The notes below the pieces were generated by a model that searched no databases, had not been told where the DNA came from, and saw nothing but the letters and a program-made list of their open reading frames with translations. Source: a bacterium (lineage in GTDB: Bacteria; Bacteroidota; Bacteroidia; NS11-12g; UBA9320). From it: a stretch of 64,000 bases of DNA. Positions 58,104-64,000 of the stretch are shown piece after piece (positions within the stretch are counted from its first letter, which is position 1; each line of letters starts with the position of its first letter). Both the position numbers and the translations under genes were made by a program. The stretch is taken from positions 20,476-84,475 of the forward strand of contig JAAEYY010000001.1 in the NCBI GenBank assembly GCA_018223105.1, read 5' to 3'.

Positions 58104-59216
58104 TTATTTCTTACGAATAAAATTATGTCTAAGGCCCAAAGATAAATGAAACAATGAGATTTTAGCATTGGCATTTCTGCCGATATGATAAATGGTCTCA
58201 TTAATAAGCTCGTAGTCTTTTTCTATCATTCGAGCATTGAGGGTTTTTGAGAAATTTTTGATGAATCCTTTATAATCATCCGAGAACCTAATCTGGTAAT
58301 CATCCAGATTTTTAAAGAGTAAAGTTTCCCTTAAGTTTTTTAAACCATTTTGTAGAAATAACTGAATTTGAGTCCTACCCGTTTTGGCTAGGTCATCAAC
58401 GATCTTGGAAATGCTATCTAAATCATTACCATAACTTGCTAGCATAAAGGATCTGAATATTTCAGAGTGGTTGTCGTCAACTTCCTCCACCAGCATTCTG
58501 GCTTCCCTTAAATTGCCTTCAGCTACAAAAGCAATATGCTCCGCCATACTGTGATCCAGTTGATATTTTGAGCTCAAATAGGCTTTCACCTCTTCATCGG
58601 AATATGCATTGATCTTCACCAATTGAGTTCTGCTAGTGATTGTACTAAGCAGTTTATCAAACTTTTCAGAAACAAGAATGAAGTACGTTTTCTGAGGTGG
58701 TTCTTCAATAATCTTTAGCAAGCTGTTACCAACTTTATCCAAATATTCAGGCATCCAAATAATAAGGGCCTTCGCTTTTCCTTCAAAAGGTTTTAAGGAA
58801 AGTTTCGCTAAGATATCTCGTGTCTCTTCCCTAGTGATATTGGGAGTTTTGTTTTCATCCTTTGAGATCTTGGTCATCCAATCACTCGTGTTCATGTAAA
58901 CATTAGAGTTTAACATCGACCTCCAATCCTCAATATAATTGGTGCTGATTTGTTTGGCACCGGCAGTAGGGTAGGAATAATGTACATCCGGATGGCTATG
59001 CTTGCTGATTTTAATACAAGAGCTGCATTCTCCGCAGGAATCTTCTGCCCCCGGATTGTGACAAAATAGGTATTGAATATAAGCAATAGCAAGGGCTAGA
59101 CTACCACATCCTTCGGGCCCTAGAAATAGCTGTGCGTGCGGAATCTTGTGACTCGAAATATGTTTTACGAGTTTTTTCTTTAACTCTTCATGACCATGAA
59201 TTTCCGAAAACTTCAT
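58104..59216 (-). CDS. holB: DNA polymerase III delta-prime subunit HolB
   Basis: AAA+-like fold with a degenerate Walker A (GPEGCGSLALAIA), a Zn-binding Cys cluster (CGECSSC), and an SRT motif (TITSRTQL). Confidence 0.8.
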   Translation of the reverse strand: MKFSEIHGHEELKKKLVKHISSHKIPHAQLFLGPEGCGSLALAIAYIQYLFCHNPGAEDSCGECSSCIKISKHSHPDVHYSYPTAGAKQISTNYIEDWRSMLNSNVYMNTSDWMTKISKDENKTPNITREETRDILAKLSLKPFEGKAKALIIWMPEYLDKVGNSLLKIIEEPPQKTYFILVSEKFDKLLSTITSRTQLVKINAYSDEEVKAYLSSKYQLDHSMAEHIAFVAEGNLREARMLVEEVDDNHSEIFRSFMLASYGNDLDSISKIVDDLAKTGRTQIQLFLQNGLKNLRETLLFKNLDDYQIRFSDDYKGFIKNFSKTLNARMIEKDYELINETIYHIGRNANAKISLFHLSLGLRHNFIRKK

Positions 59217-61657
59217 TAAGCTTGTTCTTCTTCTTTTCGGTTCATTTGAATCAATCCCCAGGCAGCTGAGCCGATTAGCACTATAAAGATCAGACCACTT
59301 GAAACGTAGGTAATAGTCTTACTTTGAGTATAGGTTTCCGGTTCAAATCTGAACACGATTTCATGCGTTCCCGCCGGAATTTCCAATCCTCTCAAAATGT
59401 AATTTACCTGCGCATAGTCTACGGGTTCATTGTCGATATAAGCATTCCAACCATCATCGTAATAGATCTCGGAAAATACTGCAAAACCCTTATTACTGTT
59501 CTTTGAGAGATAATGCATTTCTTCAGGATGGTAGGTGTCGAGTACAATTGTAGCATCTTCCTCTACGGTGTATTCATCCTGACTAGCAACTTCATTGTCT
59601 TTTGCCTCTAGAATAGCTTCAGTTGCAGGTTTAACATCTTTCATTGCCACAATAGCGCCATTGGCATCTTCAACACGATTGATTTTTGAAACAAACCATG
59701 AATGTCCGAGTGCTCCTTGATTTTGCTGATAAAGAAGTGGTCCATCTTGTTTGTTCTTGAACATGATGTATTTGCAGTTCAGCATGTTCATGTACGGACT
59801 GGTAAGGATCCCTTGCCCGTTCATTTCTGAGTAGATATACCAATCAAATAATTCTTGATATCGTCTAATTTTAGCAGCGTTGTAACCCCCAATAGAATAA
59901 TGGAAATTCGAAGCTCTTGCGCTCTGTGTTGGGCTGGCACTCATGTCCAACACACGATAATATCCATCGTCTTTCATGATTTCTAAATCAGCTTGAGTAG
60001 GTTGCATTTCACTTGCCATCTGAGACTGAGAACGCAGATTGTCACTGCTTAAATATCGTTTATCTACTCCCCATAGATCAATGAGTATGAGTAAGCCAAT
60101 TACACCAAGTGCATAATTTAGTTTCAATTTACCCTTGTTGTAATAAAAGAGGACAAGGAATAATAAACCAACGAAAACAATGGAACGAAGTCCATCTTTT
60201 CGCACTTCTTCCTTTCTTGGAGTCACCAGGTATTGATCAACTTGTGCAGGGTTTAATTTATTCTGAGCGATAATTCTGCTATCATTATCAACAGCAACCC
60301 CTTGTTCATTATACATCGGAGGAGTCAAATAATCATTAAATATTCCGCTGAAGAAGGTCAAGATAATTAGGAAAGCACCAATTCCTATTCCTGCATATTT
60401 TAGTTGTTGTTCCTGATCTTTTCTTTCTCTTGTAATGAACTTGCTAAGACCTAAAACTGCAAGAATAGGAATGCAGATTTGAGCGATGGTGAGTGCCATC
60501 GTAGGTGCTCTAAACTTGTTGTAAAAAGGTACATAATCAAAGAAAAACTCATTGATAAACACAAAATGATTTTTCCCAAGAGATAGTATAATTGAAATTA
60601 ACAGGGCACTTAAAATCCACCATCGATTTAGGTCTTGTAATAGGAGAAATCCAAGTAAACAGAGGAATATCACGGTTATACCCATGTATTGTGGTCCTGA
60701 AGTAAAGGGAAGTGCTCCGTAGTAGTTTCCGGTTGGAGATCCACCTCCGGCATAATGAGGAATGAACATTCCTCCAATATCATCCCAGCCATTACTCCAT
60801 TGAAAAGCATAGTCATACGAAAGGCCTTCACTCACTTTTTTAAGTGGTTGCTGGTCTTTCCCAATGGTTAGTTCAGACTTTCCCCGGATCGTATGAGGTA
60901 AATACTCTTGAGTAAGCATGAGGTTCATAGCATTAGCGCCAATTCCAACAACTACCGCGGCAATTGCGATTCCCGCTACTTTGAAATAATTGGCAAGACT
61001 GTATCCTTCCTCATCTTTTCCTTTGATGTACTTAATAAGTTGGAAAATCATCCAGATTCCAATAATGATTCCGGTATAATATGTGATTTGAACGTGGTTA
61101 GATATCAACTGAAGCCCCATCCCCAGCGCTGTAAGGTTGAAACCGAGTAACCACCTCTGTCGAAACATAAACTGCACACCTGCAATTATGAGCGGGGCGT
61201 ATGCGATTGCCAGTGCCTGCGTATTGTGCCCGGCTTCGATGATGGTCATGTTGCCTGTAACAAAACTCATTGCAACAGATCCAATTAGTGCAAGCCAAGG
61301 TTTAACTCTGAATGAGACAAACATAATGTAGGCACAGATCATCATTAAAAAAAGCTTGTCCCAAGGCATGGGCTTTTTAGGGAAACGTAAAAATCTCAAT
61401 GGATTTTCGTGGTTAACACCGCTGATTTGATAGGTTGGCATTCCACTGAATTGAGAATTGGTCCAAAGAATTTTTTCGCCTTTCTCAGTAAATTCAGTGT
61501 ATTCACTTGCTGCCCCTTTATACTGCGTTATATCTCCTTGTGATAGAGTCTTGTTTCCAAAAACTCCGGGTAAATATGCCGCAGAAATTACCACAATTGC
61601 CAATATTGCAAACAAGTGATTTTTATTCCTTTCAATGATGAGTTTTAAATTGTTCAT
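59216..61657 (-). CDS. YfhO-family polytopic membrane protein (GT-C-like glycosyltransferase family)
   Basis: 813 aa with about 12 or more N-terminal TM helices, a large extracytoplasmic C-terminal domain and a final TM segment. Its stop overlaps the holB start (TAATG). Confidence 0.75.
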   Translation of the reverse strand: MNNLKLIIERNKNHLFAILAIVVISAAYLPGVFGNKTLSQGDITQYKGAASEYTEFTEKGEKILWTNSQFSGMPTYQISGVNHENPLRFLRFPKKPMPWDKLFLMMICAYIMFVSFRVKPWLALIGSVAMSFVTGNMTIIEAGHNTQALAIAYAPLIIAGVQFMFRQRWLLGFNLTALGMGLQLISNHVQITYYTGIIIGIWMIFQLIKYIKGKDEEGYSLANYFKVAGIAIAAVVVGIGANAMNLMLTQEYLPHTIRGKSELTIGKDQQPLKKVSEGLSYDYAFQWSNGWDDIGGMFIPHYAGGGSPTGNYYGALPFTSGPQYMGITVIFLCLLGFLLLQDLNRWWILSALLISIILSLGKNHFVFINEFFFDYVPFYNKFRAPTMALTIAQICIPILAVLGLSKFITRERKDQEQQLKYAGIGIGAFLIILTFFSGIFNDYLTPPMYNEQGVAVDNDSRIIAQNKLNPAQVDQYLVTPRKEEVRKDGLRSIVFVGLLFLVLFYYNKGKLKLNYALGVIGLLILIDLWGVDKRYLSSDNLRSQSQMASEMQPTQADLEIMKDDGYYRVLDMSASPTQSARASNFHYSIGGYNAAKIRRYQELFDWYIYSEMNGQGILTSPYMNMLNCKYIMFKNKQDGPLLYQQNQGALGHSWFVSKINRVEDANGAIVAMKDVKPATEAILEAKDNEVASQDEYTVEEDATIVLDTYHPEEMHYLSKNSNKGFAVFSEIYYDDGWNAYIDNEPVDYAQVNYILRGLEIPAGTHEIVFRFEPETYTQSKTITYVSSGLIFIVLIGSAAWGLIQMNRKEEEQA

Positions 61658-61700
61658 GATTTAGATTTCAATAATATTAAATCTCGACTTATTAATTCAA

Positions 61701-62999
61701 TTAAAGGCGATTTAAAAGAGTTCTGAATTTTTCCGCCTGTGCTTCTCTGGAGTATTTCTCTACCCCGGGAGAGGGTTGGAAATTGAACTGCTTATTGAGA
61801 AACTCTGAATACAAAGCTTCTAAATGCTTTCCAAGTTCATCTTCTTCTGTTTCAAACGAAACGCCACCACCTGTTTCACTCAAAATCTTGGCAACAAATC
61901 CGTCTTTTTTCCCAACATAAATCACTTTTCTTCCCGCATTTAAATATTCGAAAACCTTCGCAGGAATTCCACCTTCTTTGTTTTGTGTGTTTAAAGGGCC
62001 AAAAAGTAATAGTGCGAAAGATTTTTCAAGGTAGTTAATAGCCTCAGAATGACTAACGTAACCCACATAATCAAAATAGGGTTCAAGGCCGGATGCCCTA
62101 ATTCTTTCTTTGAGTTGGTCATCCACAAAACCTACAAAACGAATGATTACATCGGCCTCAGGTCTGCTTTTTACAAACTCCTTTAGGCCGGTAATGAAAG
62201 GATCGAAATTATACTGAAGATTAATTGTTCCTGTATAGGTTAATACAAATTTTGGTTTGAATGAATAGTTGAAATTCTTGAAATCACGAGGATCGTATCC
62301 GTTGGGAATAAAACTGAATTTTTCCTCTGATAAATTGCTGCTTTTTTCTAGATAAGTTTCTACAAATCCAGGACTTACGGTACTTACATGATCTGCATTT
62401 TCTAAAACCTTTCTTTCATACTTAGCATCTATTTTTCTGGAATAGTTACTATGTCTAAGTAAAGGGTAATAGTATACATCGGTCCATAAATCTCTTAAAT
62501 CTGCAATCCACTTAATCCCTAGTTTCTGTTTCAACTTTAAACCGATGAGCTGTGCAGAATGAGGAGGGGAAGTCGTAATGACATGATGCACTCCTTCTTC
62601 TTTTATTATCTTCTTAGCTTGATCAAATGCGTAATTTCCCCAATATTTTCGAGGATCCGGTATGAAGAGATTAGACCTTAAAAACAGACTTAGTTTTTGA
62701 GTACTGCTTTTAGGGTCGACATTGGAGAATCCTGCAGTTGGAACTTTCTCTTTACCTACTAGTTTCTTGTAAAAATTGATAGGCTCAAAAGACATTGTTG
62801 GATACAGCTTGATTTCCGGGTGTATCTCTTTTTCAAGGCTTTTATCAAATGCAAAATAGCTGGCGTCTGCTGCTTTTGGATGAATTAGGTAGACTTGAAC
62901 ACCGGATTCTTGCAGGTACCATGAAAGTTTCAACCATCGCTGCACACCGGCGCCTCCGCTGGGTGGCCAATAGTATGTTATGATAATTACCTTTTTCAT
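61701..62999 (-). CDS. Glycosyltransferase, GT4-like (group 1)
   Basis: GT-B fold pattern with the C-terminal E..K..E region (EGGIPAKVFEYLNAGRKVIY). Confidence 0.7.
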   Translation of the reverse strand: MKKVIIITYYWPPSGGAGVQRWLKLSWYLQESGVQVYLIHPKAADASYFAFDKSLEKEIHPEIKLYPTMSFEPINFYKKLVGKEKVPTAGFSNVDPKSSTQKLSLFLRSNLFIPDPRKYWGNYAFDQAKKIIKEEGVHHVITTSPPHSAQLIGLKLKQKLGIKWIADLRDLWTDVYYYPLLRHSNYSRKIDAKYERKVLENADHVSTVSPGFVETYLEKSSNLSEEKFSFIPNGYDPRDFKNFNYSFKPKFVLTYTGTINLQYNFDPFITGLKEFVKSRPEADVIIRFVGFVDDQLKERIRASGLEPYFDYVGYVSHSEAINYLEKSFALLLFGPLNTQNKEGGIPAKVFEYLNAGRKVIYVGKKDGFVAKILSETGGGVSFETEEDELGKHLEALYSEFLNKQFNFQPSPGVEKYSREAQAEKFRTLLNRL

Positions 63000-64000
63000 T
63001 TCAACCGGGCTTCTTTATAGTATCTCACGAAATGAGTGTCCCACTTAATTTGAGAAAATATTTCATGGAAGTTTAATGCATCTCCCATGGCTAATTTGTA
63101 AGCAAGTACGGGGAGATTCACACCTGCTTTTCTGCATGCTGTGCTGGTCCCTTGAATCCTGGGATTGATTTCCAGTAAAACCGGCTTACCTAAATTGTCC
63201 ATTTTTACTTGTATGCCAATCGGACCTTCAACCTTTAGATGTGAAAGTAATTTACGAGCGTAATCTTCAATCTCTTTATGTCGAACTATTTTTCCTTCAA
63301 CACTAATGCCATTGTTTAGTTTCAATCGTAATCGGGGTATAATCAAGTATTCATTATCTCGGCACAAGCAATCTATTGAGTACTCTTCTCCCGGCAGAAA
63401 CTCCGAAAAAAGTAGAGGTTTATAATCATCTAATTGCTCCAGGAGAAATTGACATTGCTCAAAAGTAAGATGGGCTGAATTTGGTTTTTGATTATAGTAT
63501 AAATCAGTGTAATTTATGTCTTTGGTGCAAATTCTAAAACCGCGACTTCCATTAGAGATGCAAGGTTTGAAAACAAACTGATCAAATTTAGTATTGAATT
63601 CACTCAATAGCCGCAGTGCATCGTCTTTTGTTTCTGCAATTTCATAATTGCAAAGATGAAGGCCTATTTTTTCACATTCCGGGTAGAGATTGCCTTTGTC
63701 ATTCGCTATTTCTAAGCTGGAATTAGAGCTTACTATGAGTTTAATATTTTCCTTAAGAAAAAGTTGCTTGTTCAAGCTTAGTGGACCAAGTTCTCTTGTA
63801 GTGATTGGGAAAATACAATCTATTTTTCTCGTTTTACATTCAGTAAATAGCTGTTCAATGTAATTTGCTGATGTCCCGGGAGGAACCGTGAAGAAATCAT
63901 CGGCTAGAACCTTTCCTATTACATCATCTCTTATATCACAGGAGCTAATTTTGAGTTCTTTTATTTCACGCAGTGCTTCTATTATACCGGCAGCACCCGG
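62996..64000 (-). CDS. ATP-grasp domain protein, partial (N-terminus beyond right edge)
   Basis: Carries the ATP-grasp motifs FVFKPCISNGSRGF...SEFLPGEEYSIDC...LLEINPRIQGTS. The reading frame continues without a stop to position 64000, so the TTG at 63775 chosen by the ORF track is not the true start. Confidence 0.7.
   Translation of the reverse strand, partial: PGAAGIIEALREIKELKISSCDIRDDVIGKVLADDFFTVPPGTSANYIEQLFTECKTRKIDCIFPITTRELGPLSLNKQLFLKENIKLIVSSNSSLEIANDKGNLYPECEKIGLHLCNYEIAETKDDALRLLSEFNTKFDQFVFKPCISNGSRGFRICTKDINYTDLYYNQKPNSAHLTFEQCQFLLEQLDDYKPLLFSEFLPGEEYSIDCLCRDNEYLIIPRLRLKLNNGISVEGKIVRHKEIEDYARKLLSHLKVEGPIGIQVKMDNLGKPVLLEINPRIQGTSTACRKAGVNLPVLAYKLAMGDALNFHEIFSQIKWDTHFVRYYKEARLK

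Overview
This 64 kb window looks like a chromosomal segment from a low-GC member of Bacteroidota, probably Flavobacteriia-like. The evidence is the T9SS C-terminal sorting domains, the divergent tamB-tsaD pair, the DUF4290-murA and DUF3098-uppP pairs, the frequent absence of Shine-Dalgarno sequences, and several convergent gene pairs whose stop codons overlap. About 60 protein-coding genes are tightly packed. The ORF track omits genes that run off either edge (the first and last genes here) and can over-extend starts, so several starts were trimmed to the ATG that precedes a signal peptide or conserved domain.

Housekeeping genes: tsaD, ligA, dapA, ridA, dnaJ, grpE, murA, leuS, uppP, recR, holB, a RicT/PSP1 homolog, an aldehyde dehydrogenase, and a fumarylacetoacetase.

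Envelope and secretion genes: tamB; outer-membrane beta-barrel proteins including a partial TonB-dependent-receptor-like gene at the left edge; two T9SS cargo proteins (an M28 peptidase and a Cys-rich protein); and a YfhO / GT4 / ATP-grasp glycosylation module at the right edge.

Regulation and stress genes: a five-gene two-component operon with a sigma-54 activator; an ECF sigma / anti-sigma / DUF4097 operon; a DtxR-family regulator divergent from a di-heme peroxidase-like / Rieske / porin operon; and a stress-gene neighbourhood (Dps, MscS, YtxH, AI-2E, crcB).

No tRNA or rRNA genes, CRISPR arrays, transposases, integrases, or recognisable defence systems were found.

The most unusual stretch is the ~590 bp non-coding region between leuS and the DUF3098-uppP operon (53143..53732). 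It carries an 8-unit heptamer tandem array, a 24-bp direct repeat present twice, a 17/19-bp inverted-repeat pair flanking ~240 bp, and a perfect 14-bp palindrome.

Two further points are worth a second look: an apparent +1 frameshift in a T5 run inside a small DUF1328 (YtjA-like) gene, and the metal-regulator-linked periplasmic redox operon.
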